In this document: piece after piece, positions 17,540 to 26,675 of the stretch
Layout of the letters: each line of letters opens with the position of its first letter
Position numbering within the stretch: position 1 is the stretch's first letter
Source: Actinomycetota bacterium
Lineage (GTDB): Bacteria; Actinomycetota; Actinomycetes; S36-B12
Assembly (NCBI GenBank): GCA_009700485.1
Contig: WLLZ01000003.1
Span: 1-43,922, forward strand
Direction of reading: 5' to 3'
DNA length: 43,922 nt
Made by a program: the position numbers and the translations under genes
Notes under the pieces: model-generated
Database searches by the model: none
Seen by the model: only the letters and a program-made list of their open reading frames with translations
What the model was told of the DNA's origin: nothing

Positions 17540-18341
17540 ATGGGACAAGTGAGAATGATGGACTTGGCCGACCTTCGTGCCTTTCTTGAAGACTGCCCCC
17601 CCCCCGGCGCCGTCTGACTTAACGCAATCATCCGGAGATGAAAGCGACCTGCCGTACGAATACGAGTTGGATGATCTCTTCCACCTTTACTCGACCGTGC
17701 GCAGAACTAGTTGCGTATCCGTCCTCGAATTCGGATCTGGTTGGTCGACGGTAGTCTTTGCGTTGGCGCTTCACGAGAATGCAGAGTATTTCGGGGACGA
17801 GCACCGGCGGCTAGTTCGCCACCCGAATCCATTTCAAATCCTGACCATCGATGCCTCCGACCACTGGCAGGAGGTGGCCCTCGCCCGGCTCCCTGACTGG
17901 CTGAGATCAACCGTGCGGCCCGTCTCATGCAGCGTCAATCTCGTTGATCGATATGGGTCGTACGTGCACCTCTACGAGAACGTCCCAGAATTCGTGGCGG
18001 ACCTTATCTATCTTGACGGGCCGGATCCGGAACAAGTCCACGGCGCAATTAACGGCTTTGAATACAGCGAACTCCATACCCTTCCGATGGGCGCTGACAT
18101 TTTGCGCATCGAACCGCATGTTTGGCCGGAGACAATGATCATCACCGACGGCCGGACAGCGAATGCTCGCTTCCTCGCCGCTCACTTGCGCCGTAATTGG
18201 CAGGTGATACATGACCCCTTCGGTGATCGAACCACGTTCCGGCTGGAGGAGACTCCATTTGGCCCGGTGATTGAGAAGCATTTGTCTACGCGACTAGCGG
18301 CGGCGAGGGAGTTGAGGGACAAAGAAGGTCCGAATATCTAG
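17540..18341 (+). pseudogene. methyltransferase-like gene apparently frameshifted at a C10 tract (main frame 17577-18341)
   Basis: Main frame has 'VLEFGSGWST' and 'DLIYLDGP'; the SD-preceded ATG 17540 frame stops at 17615-17617 but would join the main frame with one C fewer. Confidence 0.55.
17596..17605 (+). repeat. poly-C homopolymer (C10)
   Basis: gactgCCCCCCCCCCggcg read directly; longest homopolymer I noticed in the window. Confidence 0.95.
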
Positions 18342-18418
18342 CGGATTAGTGAAATGTGAGCGTTGCTGTTGATTCACGAATCGCCCAATTGCGATGGATC
18401 CTACCGTGCACAGGACGA

Positions 18419-18424
18419 TAAGAT
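18419..18424 (+). promoter_or_regulatory. putative -10 box (TAAGAT) of a leaderless transcript
   Basis: TANNNT 7 nt before ATG 18432, no SD. Confidence 0.5.
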
Positions 18425-18431
18425 TCGGCTG

Positions 18432-20246
18432 ATGAGCGAGGTCACGGATTCCAACACCACCAAAGGTGACCGCACATATCTTGTTACAAGTGCGCTTGAG
18501 CGTACTTGGCCATCGGACAGACATATCGTCTTCCTGGGCCAATGGTGCCTTCGATATTCGCGGCGCGAAGTCTGGTCAGGGCTAGACTACTCGGTCGCCC
18601 CTTACCACTGGGATGATCGAGCGCAAATACCGAAAGATCTTGAATACATCAATGACATCTATGAGGCCCTGCTCCCGGAATTGGCTCGGGTGTTAAACGA
18701 GATTCATGGAGTGAGCTACTCGGTGCGGTATTGGCGCATCGTCGTGGGTTCTTGGCTCTATTACTTCTCCCAGGTGGTCATGGATAGATGGAGAGTTCTA
18801 CAGTGCGCAAGTGAGTCTTATTCGAGGCCCACGCTTCTTAGGGTTACTCCGGATGACACACCTCTAGCCTCGCCTAACTCAGCGGCCTTTCTGCGTGCGA
18901 CTGAAAGCGACGAGTGGAATGAACGCTTGTGCGCGGACATTGCTGATCAGTGGACAAATATAGAAGTAACTAAGACCCAACAATGTCAAGTTATCAACCG
19001 CCCATTCAGGCTAAAAAGCGAGCAGGCAGGAAACGTCAGATCATCCATCCTGCGGATTCTGTACTCCATGGTTGTTAAGCCTCTGGATTGGTTAGCCCAA
19101 CGACGTATCTTCTATGGTGAGGGAGTTTCACTACATTCGGATTATCTAAGCCGGCCAAATAGGTTCGCACTTTCCGTTCTTATGCGCCAGGTTCCCTCGA
19201 TGAGTTTGCCTATCCAACTTCCACAGACTGACGCCCGAACTGCCTCGCGAGCATGGGGGCTGACGACGGCCGACGGCGATGCGTTCAAAAACGCGCTTGC
19301 GGTACTGATCCCGCAATACTTACCAACGTGCTTTCTCGAAGGATTTGAACAGGCGCAGGCTCTCGCAGCTCATTCAGGGTGGATACGCAACCCCCGTGTT
19401 GTCATGACCGCCAATGCTTTCGACAGCGATGATAGATGGAAGCTGTGGGCGGCAGAACAGGTCGACAAGGGAGCGAAGTTGGTCATTGCTCAGCATGGTG
19501 GAGGGTATGGCTCACAACAGTGGTCGGCAATGCAGAACTACGAAATGAGCATCAGCGATCGCTATCTCACATGGGGATGGAGCGACCCCCAAGAGGCTAA
19601 GGCATATCCAGCACCAGCTACGAAACTAGTAGGAATGCGCGTTAGGCGCCCAAGACGAACCGGAAAGTGCGTTCAAGTTACTGCTTCTCTGCCGAGGCAG
19701 AGCTATTGGATGTTCGGCGCCCCCATCGGGCCGCAGGTTCACGACTACATCGACGACCAGTTTCGTTTCGCTGCCGCGCTGAACGTCAATGTGCGGGAGG
19801 ACCTCTTGGTGCGTCTTTACCATCGTGACTACGGTTGGGACCTACAGCAACGATGGCAGGACCGTGAACCAACTATTGCTACTGACCCTGGTCGCCAACG
19901 ACTGGATCGCATTCTGCGCGAGGCTCGGCTCTATGTCGCAACCTACAACGCGACAACTTTTCTTGAGTCCTTCACCCAAGGAATTCCTACTGTGATCTTC
20001 TGGGACCCGGAGTTTTGGGAACTTTCGATTGAAGCCAAACCATACTTTGACGTCTTACGGCAGGCCGGTATTCTTTTCGACGATCCCGTTAGTTGTGCAG
20101 CGATGGTGAATTCAATATGGGATGACGTGCCTGCTTGGTGGGAGTCCCCTGACGTCCAGTCCGCCGTTATATCCTTTTCTGAGCGATTCGCGCACGTGGG
20201 AGCGCGCCCATTAGGTCGGCTAAAGAGTGCACTTATCGATTGGTGA
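18432..20246 (+). CDS. LIC12162-family putative transferase
   Basis: N-terminus 'LVTSALERTW...FLGQWC...PYHWDDR', 'YWRIVVGSWL', 'QHGGGYG', 'YLTWGW', 'TYNATTFLES' match my recollection of this family; GT-B-like C-terminus. Confidence 0.7.
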   Translation: MSEVTDSNTTKGDRTYLVTSALERTWPSDRHIVFLGQWCLRYSRREVWSGLDYSVAPYHWDDRAQIPKDLEYINDIYEALLPELARVLNEIHGVSYSVRYWRIVVGSWLYYFSQVVMDRWRVLQCASESYSRPTLLRVTPDDTPLASPNSAAFLRATESDEWNERLCADIADQWTNIEVTKTQQCQVINRPFRLKSEQAGNVRSSILRILYSMVVKPLDWLAQRRIFYGEGVSLHSDYLSRPNRFALSVLMRQVPSMSLPIQLPQTDARTASRAWGLTTADGDAFKNALAVLIPQYLPTCFLEGFEQAQALAAHSGWIRNPRVVMTANAFDSDDRWKLWAAEQVDKGAKLVIAQHGGGYGSQQWSAMQNYEMSISDRYLTWGWSDPQEAKAYPAPATKLVGMRVRRPRRTGKCVQVTASLPRQSYWMFGAPIGPQVHDYIDDQFRFAAALNVNVREDLLVRLYHRDYGWDLQQRWQDREPTIATDPGRQRLDRILREARLYVATYNATTFLESFTQGIPTVIFWDPEFWELSIEAKPYFDVLRQAGILFDDPVSCAAMVNSIWDDVPAWWESPDVQSAVISFSERFAHVGARPLGRLKSALIDW

Positions 20247-20600
20247 GGCAGAATCTAAACAATTGAACCTGGATTGAAATTACATTTCCCTCCGCAAAGA
20301 GCGCCCAGTTAGCGACGCCCTTAGTAATCCTAGATTAAAAACAGCCTCGGGTTAACACACAAACCCGGTCGCTTTATTCAATCGTAGAACTTCAATGCGT
20401 GGCATTTCGTGCCGGCTTACCAAATTATGGACTGGAAGTTTCACTCGGCGGGAAAGACCTTTCCTTGGATACATTTACGGGCTCCTGAATTGTCACTACC
20501 TAGGGCGCCAAGGTTTCGCTAAGCCCACATCAAATACTCACCTATGTCCCTAATCAACGTTACTACGCCCTCTAAATGAACTGTCTCTAAATAGGGACCT

Positions 20601-21575
20601 TCACGGAAAAACAACGGGCGAGGTTGAACTTGTTGACTTTCGAGCAACGACCAAAACATAACGTCCGGCGTCAGGCACATGGGTATTTAATGACATTTCA
20701 ATCTCCATCAGAATTTTTCTCTCATGGTCCTGGAGAATTCCTGGCCGAGAAATTAATGCGTGCGGGTCTCCGGGTATACCCGAACATGACCCAACTGCGG
20801 ACACTGATAGTACTTCAAGACCTGATGCTTGCATCACGTTTCTGAGTTCATCTGCATGAATCCAAGAGAACTGGATTTCTCGACCGGGTGACAATGGCCC
20901 CGAAGATGAATTCATCACCCTCCTTGCATCTGCAAATCGATTGTCCTTTAGCAGGAGCAGAACGTTGTAGTAGGTGGTTCGAAAGGAGCCGATGAAGAGC
21001 CCCTTATCTTTGAGCACTTCAACGAGCCGAGCGAACTCATTAATCCAGTTCGGGTGATAGAAAGCGACCTCTGTCATTACTGCTATATCAACGCTCCTTG
21101 ATTGCGTTCTTTTGAGTTCCTCTCCGATCTCACTGCACGTGAATACCACGTTGTCGATTCCTTCGGAAGCAGCAGCGCTGCGCGCAGTCATCAAGGCCGC
21201 CTCCGAGATGTCAATTCCGGTAACGTCTGCTTGCCGATATCGGCTGGCGAAGCGCATCGACATCCTGCCCTGTCCGCACCCTAGGTCCAGTATCGATTTG
21301 ATCGAATCCTTAACCGGCAGCATTGGCAGTATTTGCGCCCAGTACTGCTCGGCGTAATAATCCTCGCTCTCAGATGTCAACATGTTGTAATTGGTTGAGT
21401 GAATAATGGTCTGTTTTTGATCCGCATGAGAAGAGGAAAAAGGACCGCCCGAATCCAGGGCGGCGATGGCTCGCAATTCAATTGACTCAGCAGACCTTCG
21501 CGCTTTACTTGCCAAGCGCCTAAGAACGCTTTGAAAAAACCGCGTGGAGTCATTCGTTAGGGTTCGCATGTTCAC
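20601..21575 (-). CDS. class I SAM-dependent methyltransferase
   Basis: 'ILDLGCGQGR', 'VTGIDISEAAL'. Confidence 0.8.
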   Translation of the reverse strand: MNMRTLTNDSTRFFQSVLRRLASKARRSAESIELRAIAALDSGGPFSSSHADQKQTIIHSTNYNMLTSESEDYYAEQYWAQILPMLPVKDSIKSILDLGCGQGRMSMRFASRYRQADVTGIDISEAALMTARSAAASEGIDNVVFTCSEIGEELKRTQSRSVDIAVMTEVAFYHPNWINEFARLVEVLKDKGLFIGSFRTTYYNVLLLLKDNRFADARRVMNSSSGPLSPGREIQFSWIHADELRNVMQASGLEVLSVSAVGSCSGIPGDPHALISRPGILQDHERKILMEIEMSLNTHVPDAGRYVLVVARKSTSSTSPVVFP

Positions 21576-21608
21576 GCGCGGCCCGGACGATCTCGAGTAA
21601 AAATCCGT

Positions 21609-22208
21609 CTATCCATAGGCATTGTGCTCGCCATCGCGCCTCCAGTCATAGTCCCTCCTAGGCGTTTTCCATTCGCTGCCATACGTGTATTCAAGTATGA
21701 CCGCAGGCGTTCTCGGCACGGACATTGACTTCCCATAAAACGTTGCATCGCCGAGTGGGAACAACGCTGTAGTCGGTTGTGCGTAGCCTTCTAGCGTCCA
21801 TAGACATTGGATACTGGAGATAGGAAGGCGCATCCGACTGCAAATGGCAACTATGTAGCGTATCCAACCTGAGTTCTTGGGGACTTTCCAGAGGGTCACC
21901 ATCTCATCACCTTGGGGAGCGAAGAAGTTGAGATCAACTTTCGTCCCCATGAATATGAAGGTCAGGTAGTCACTTCCAGAGCCGTCGTCCTGAACAATCA
22001 TCCCGCGTGACTCGAATGCGCGGCGAATTGCACCCCTATCCTCAAGATGACCGAGCCCGAAGTCGAGATCCACATCCCAAGGGATCAGTTCACCGTCACG
22101 AACCAGACCAAGTAGTGTCCCGTTGCATAGCCAATAGTCCAGCCCCAATTCGTCAAGTATCTCCACGGTCGTTACAAGGGCAGTAACCCGCGCATCCTTA
22201 GTCGTCAC
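21609..22208 (-). CDS. LicD family phosphotransferase
   Basis: 'YWLCNGTLLGLVRDGELIPWDVDLDFG', 'ILEYTYGSEWKTP'. Confidence 0.85.
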   Translation of the reverse strand: MTTKDARVTALVTTVEILDELGLDYWLCNGTLLGLVRDGELIPWDVDLDFGLGHLEDRGAIRRAFESRGMIVQDDGSGSDYLTFIFMGTKVDLNFFAPQGDEMVTLWKVPKNSGWIRYIVAICSRMRLPISSIQCLWTLEGYAQPTTALFPLGDATFYGKSMSVPRTPAVILEYTYGSEWKTPRRDYDWRRDGEHNAYG

Positions 22209-22214
22209 AATAAG

Positions 22215-22850
22215 TTACGACTTTCCGGAGAAGACGACTCGCATCACTATGGGATCTTCACTCCCGTATGGTGCGAAGCCACGTTCAACCTCAAAAGAGT
22301 TGACGGTAAATCGCCTGTCGACCTTCTCTTTGAACTCATCCGGGACGATAAAGCGCCGGTAGTGATCTGTCATGTAAGTGTTTCGTTCAATCAATTCACC
22401 TTGCTCGTAAAGTTCATCAAAGATGGTCCGCGCCTCAATGCAGACCAATATTGGGCCTAAATCGTATTCTGCAAGGTGATCCAGCAAGGCGTTCTCGGCT
22501 ACCTCAGAATCTGCATGTAGCGAAAATCTACTGTAGACAACAAGTCTGCTCGCCTCCAAAGTGGCGAAATTGACTTTCGAAAAGTCTCCTACCGTAAGGG
22601 AATAGCGCTGAGTCGCAATCCGTGCTCCCAAGAAGCGCTCGCCTGCACTCTGTATCGCATTGGCGGATAGGTCGACACCTGTATAGAAATCGGCGCGGCG
22701 CACAAGTGCGAGACCATCACGTCCATTGCCGCACCCGAGTTCGACCACCGAATCAGTTGGAAGGAGTAGATCAGCCGCTACTTTCGTACAGAACGGAGAC
22801 GGAGAATCCTCATTGAAATCAGCGTAGTGGTGGTCCCAGAAGGCAGTCAT
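22215..22850 (-). CDS. class I SAM-dependent methyltransferase
   Basis: 'VVELGCGNGRDG', 'GVDLS', 'YSRFSLHA', 'DHYRRF'; GAGGA SD. Confidence 0.82.
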   Translation of the reverse strand: MTAFWDHHYADFNEDSPSPFCTKVAADLLLPTDSVVELGCGNGRDGLALVRRADFYTGVDLSANAIQSAGERFLGARIATQRYSLTVGDFSKVNFATLEASRLVVYSRFSLHADSEVAENALLDHLAEYDLGPILVCIEARTIFDELYEQGELIERNTYMTDHYRRFIVPDEFKEKVDRRFTVNSFEVERGFAPYGSEDPIVMRVVFSGKS

Positions 22851-23009
22851 GTCCCGTTTCCTCTAGTTCCTAGGCGTTGATTTCCTGAATGTTCGCTACA
22901 GCAGGAAACTGCACAACTTCCACGTTAATAGTCAACCGACCCCGATAACTTGTACCTTATCGGGCCCGCAAAAGTTGTTCGCCACCAGTACTTTCTGTCA
23001 GACACAGGG

Positions 23010-23015
23010 TAGTCT
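23010..23015 (+). promoter_or_regulatory. putative -10 box (TAGTCT) of a leaderless transcript
   Basis: TANNNT 6 nt before ATG 23022, no SD, in a divergent intergenic region. Confidence 0.55.
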
Positions 23016-23021
23016 CCTGCA

Positions 23022-24176
23022 ATGGAATATCGCAGTTCGCCGATACGTGTCTCTGGGTCAGATGTTGGACAATCTGAGTTATCGGCGATCGCCAGCGTCT
23101 TTGAACGTGGCTATTTGGGCATGGGGGCCGACGTCCAGGAATTTGAGGGGCTGCTAGCAGGCTATTTCGGTCGCCCCGTCGCCTGCGTGGCGACCGGCAC
23201 GGCGGCCCTACAACTGGCGGTTCAGTGCTGCGGTATTGGGCCGGGGGATGAGGTGCTAGTACCCTCCTTGACGTACGTGGCGGCCTTCCAGGCTATTTCG
23301 GCCACGGGGGCCACCCCTGTTCCCGTTGACGTCCTCCAGGATTCGCTGACGATCGACCCCGACGATGCTTGTCGGCGACTCTCTGCCCGCACCAAGGCTG
23401 TGATGCCGGTGTATTACGGGGGTGGAATTCGCGAACTGGATCGGGTCTATTCGTTGGCTGAAGAACACGGTCTGCGGGTGATCGAGGATGCGGCTCATGC
23501 TTTTGGCACGGTCTTCGGCGGCAAGCGGGTCGGGTCTACGGGTGATGTTGCCTGCTTCAGTTTCGACCCCATCAAGAACCTGACTTCCGGCGAGGGCGGC
23601 TGCGTCGTTTCAGACGATGCGGAGTTCATGGAGCGGGTGCGGGATGCCCGGTTGCTAGGGGTCAAGGGGGACTCGAAAGCTCGGAATAGTGAGCGCCGCC
23701 TGTATGAGTTCGAGGTGGATTCGCAGGGCTGGCGCTACCACATGAGCAATATCAATGCTGCGATTGGTAAGGCTCAGTTCGAGGTGTTCCCTATGCGCGC
23801 TGCAATGCGTCAGCAACTCGCCCAGAAGTACAACGAGATCTTAGGATCGTCCTCGAGTATCCAGATCCTTCCTTACTCGTATGACGATGTAGTACCACAC
23901 ATCTATGTGGTTCGTTTCGCGTCTTCAGCGGTGCGCGACCAAGTGAAAGCTCGACTGCTCAGCGAGTTGAACGTCGAAACTGCTCTCCATTGGTATCCCA
24001 ATCACTACTTGGCTCGGTACCGTTTGCCCGCCGAGGCTCTACCCGTTACCGAGGATGCGTTTAGTCGGATGCTCACACTACCTCTGCATACCAAACTCTC
24101 GGTAGAGCAAGTCACCCAGATCGCGCAATTCGTGAGTGTGGCTGCTGAGTCTCAGGAAGTCCCATTGGATGACTGA
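23022..24176 (+). CDS. DegT/DnrJ/EryC1/StrS family NDP-sugar aminotransferase
   Basis: 'TGTAALQLA', 'GDEVLVPSLTY', 'IEDAAHAFG', 'FSFDPIKNLTSGEGG'. Confidence 0.92.
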   Translation: MEYRSSPIRVSGSDVGQSELSAIASVFERGYLGMGADVQEFEGLLAGYFGRPVACVATGTAALQLAVQCCGIGPGDEVLVPSLTYVAAFQAISATGATPVPVDVLQDSLTIDPDDACRRLSARTKAVMPVYYGGGIRELDRVYSLAEEHGLRVIEDAAHAFGTVFGGKRVGSTGDVACFSFDPIKNLTSGEGGCVVSDDAEFMERVRDARLLGVKGDSKARNSERRLYEFEVDSQGWRYHMSNINAAIGKAQFEVFPMRAAMRQQLAQKYNEILGSSSSIQILPYSYDDVVPHIYVVRFASSAVRDQVKARLLSELNVETALHWYPNHYLARYRLPAEALPVTEDAFSRMLTLPLHTKLSVEQVTQIAQFVSVAAESQEVPLDD

Positions 24177-25101
24177 CTCGCAGGACTCGCCCCTCGTCTC
24201 AGTGATCATGAACGCACATAATTCCGAGGAGTTCCTTGCTGAGGCGCTCGCGAGCGTACTAGCACAGTCGTACACGAACTGGGAAGTTATCCTTTGGGAC
24301 AATGCATCAACGGATGGAAGCCGAGCCGTCGCTGAGTCCCTTGAAGATGGCCGTATTCATTACTTCCAGGTGCCTGGCAAAGTCTCGCTCTACCAGTCTC
24401 GCGTGAACGCGCTCGCTAGGGCATCCGGACCACTTATCGCGTTCCTTGACTGCGACGACACTTGGCATCCTGACAAATTGAGCAGGCAAGTGCCCGAGTT
24501 CTCTGATCCATCGGTCGTCGCAAGTTGCACCCACTATCACGTCTTCTACTCTCAGCCCGATCCAGCACAAGCGATGCGTGTAACTCGGACATACCGCCCA
24601 AGTCATGTTGAGTTGATCGATGTGCTCTCTGACTACCGCGTGGGAATGCTAACTCTGATGATCCGGCGAGATGCGTGCAAGCGGTTTCTCCCTGAGACAC
24701 CCCCAGACTTCAGCATCATCGAAGATCTAGACATAGTTGCACGAGTGCTGCAAGGAGGATCTCTAGCAGCCGTCAGCGAAGCCCTTGCAACCTACCGCAT
24801 GCACGACAATAACTTCAGCAGGGACGTTGGACTCTTAGTCGAGGAACGCGACGCGTGGCTGGAAGCCTTCAACGAGTGGTGTCCTCCGGACATCAGCCGA
24901 GAGAGAGTCCGTCGCGCCTTCCAATCCGCTACCTACCAAATACTCGCTAGACAGTCCTTGATCGAAGGAAGCCGCTCAAAAACTCTGCGAAACGCCCGGC
25001 AAATGATCATGGGAATCGACAAGGTGAAGTATCTGGTTGTTGGCGCACTCACGCCTCGCGGAGTCTGGCCCGCACTGTTGGCAAGGTTCTCCGCTCCATA
25101 A
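24169..25101 (+). CDS. glycosyltransferase family 2
   Basis: 'VSVIMNAHN', 'WDNASTDGS', 'IAFLDCDDTW', 'EDLD'; start ATG 24169. Confidence 0.9.
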   Translation: MTDSQDSPLVSVIMNAHNSEEFLAEALASVLAQSYTNWEVILWDNASTDGSRAVAESLEDGRIHYFQVPGKVSLYQSRVNALARASGPLIAFLDCDDTWHPDKLSRQVPEFSDPSVVASCTHYHVFYSQPDPAQAMRVTRTYRPSHVELIDVLSDYRVGMLTLMIRRDACKRFLPETPPDFSIIEDLDIVARVLQGGSLAAVSEALATYRMHDNNFSRDVGLLVEERDAWLEAFNEWCPPDISRERVRRAFQSATYQILARQSLIEGSRSKTLRNARQMIMGIDKVKYLVVGALTPRGVWPALLARFSAP

Positions 25102-25202
25102 CGTCACTTCCCCGGAGCGCAGATAGGCCCACTGTTTTGACGCGCCTACAATCGTGCGAATCCCACCCGGGTGTCCCACTCAAGCTGAGAGGTGACCGGA
25201 CC

Positions 25203-26591
25203 ATGAAACGATCAGCCCCGCATGCGGCACGTAACCTACCAGCACTAGGACTCGGGCTCGCGATCTTCATCATCGTCCTCATCGCCACCCTTCATTCACA
25301 CCCCTACTTCGGGAATATGGATGACGGCCGCCTATTGAGCCTGGCCCAATCAGGGGGCCCTCTTCACTTTGCCAACTACCTGGCCGGCGGCACCGAGACT
25401 GGGTTCATTCGCGCTACCTCGATGGTTATCGTCTGGCCCACGTACTGGCTGGGCACCGTTGCAGGCCCTGTTTGGTTCTACCTTGCCAATACGGCTCTGG
25501 TTTTCGCCTGCCTCATAGTTTTCGGCTCAGCCATGGGCCGGCTTCTGGGCTGGAAGTCGGCGTGGCTGGGCGTCGTATTCCTGTCAGCGGCGCTGCTGTG
25601 GCCGTACACGGCGGAACTCTTCTTCTACCCGAGTCTCTCCGAGAAGGGGATCATACTCGGAGCAGCACTGATGTTCTGGTGGATTGCCGAGGCGCCTCGA
25701 TTCACGTCACAGATCGCCTACTGGGTCAGCCTTGTGGCAGTGAGTCTCTTCGCATTCGCGACGAAGACTCAGATCCTCATCTTCGTCCCAGGGTTCCTTT
25801 ACGCGCTGTGGGCGTGCCGCTCCACTGCTGGCGGACAACTCAGTAAGGTTCGCGCCATTGTGGTGAGCGGGTACCTGCTCTTGCTGTCGGCTCTGTTGCT
25901 CATGCTCGCTCTCCGAGGCTCCTACACGAAGGCAACCCAAGGGTCCTTCGACATGTCATTCCTGAGTGACCGACGGTTCCAGTTTCTCGCTGTGCTGACC
26001 ATTCTCTACGTGCTTGCGCTAGTTACCCGAGTTATCCTTCGGAGGAATCAGCCTCCCGATTGGGTGCCCGCCGTCATGCTCATCAGCATGTGCGGGACAT
26101 TCGTGATCTGGGATATCAGGAACTACTTCCTAGCCATTGCGAGTGTCATGGTGGGCTGCGCGGCTGCAGCGGTCGCGAGTTGGATGCGCTCATCATGGCA
26201 GCAGGTAGGTTTGGCTGTGGTCCTTGTCATTTCGGCGTCAGCATGGTTGCTCTTCAGGCTTCCCGCTGTGTATGGGAGCCTGGCATCTGTCGGAGACTTC
26301 CTCGCCTCCCCGATCGTTAAGCAACTTGACGCGGAGCGTGCGACCGTCTACGTCTCATGCATGGAGGCACCTGATCACTACAACCGATATGCGGCCAACC
26401 TAGGGCTGTCCGGGCTCACCTTCGCTTTCCTTGCCAACCGGCCTTCCGTTGTCCCCTCTGATCAGCCTCTTGGAAATGAGTACATCTTTGGCGACGCGCG
26501 GCTATGCCCATGGTCGCCCGACTCTGCAGACTGGGCGACGGTCTGGACAACCGGGGACGCCAAAGCCTTTCAACTCTTCGCTAGCCGATAG
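25203..26591 (+). CDS. polytopic membrane protein, probable GT-C fold glycosyltransferase
   Basis: About ten or more hydrophobic segments; acidic 'NMDDG' in the loop after TM1; 'AFATKTQ'; soluble C-terminal domain; GAGAGG SD. Confidence 0.55.
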   Translation: MKRSAPHAARNLPALGLGLAIFIIVLIATLHSHPYFGNMDDGRLLSLAQSGGPLHFANYLAGGTETGFIRATSMVIVWPTYWLGTVAGPVWFYLANTALVFACLIVFGSAMGRLLGWKSAWLGVVFLSAALLWPYTAELFFYPSLSEKGIILGAALMFWWIAEAPRFTSQIAYWVSLVAVSLFAFATKTQILIFVPGFLYALWACRSTAGGQLSKVRAIVVSGYLLLLSALLLMLALRGSYTKATQGSFDMSFLSDRRFQFLAVLTILYVLALVTRVILRRNQPPDWVPAVMLISMCGTFVIWDIRNYFLAIASVMVGCAAAAVASWMRSSWQQVGLAVVLVISASAWLLFRLPAVYGSLASVGDFLASPIVKQLDAERATVYVSCMEAPDHYNRYAANLGLSGLTFAFLANRPSVVPSDQPLGNEYIFGDARLCPWSPDSADWATVWTTGDAKAFQLFASR

Positions 26592-26675
26592 CGTTAAATG
26601 TTCTATGGTTCGAGGTCACCCACATGCATCGGTCATAGTCCTCACCATTATCCGGCGAAGCGCCCCAATATTTCT

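Noticed and set aside
23022-24176. Naming this gene pseC
   Set aside because: Generic DegT motifs only, in a separate operon about 6 kb from pseB; substrate cannot be assigned by eye, though a PseC role is not excluded
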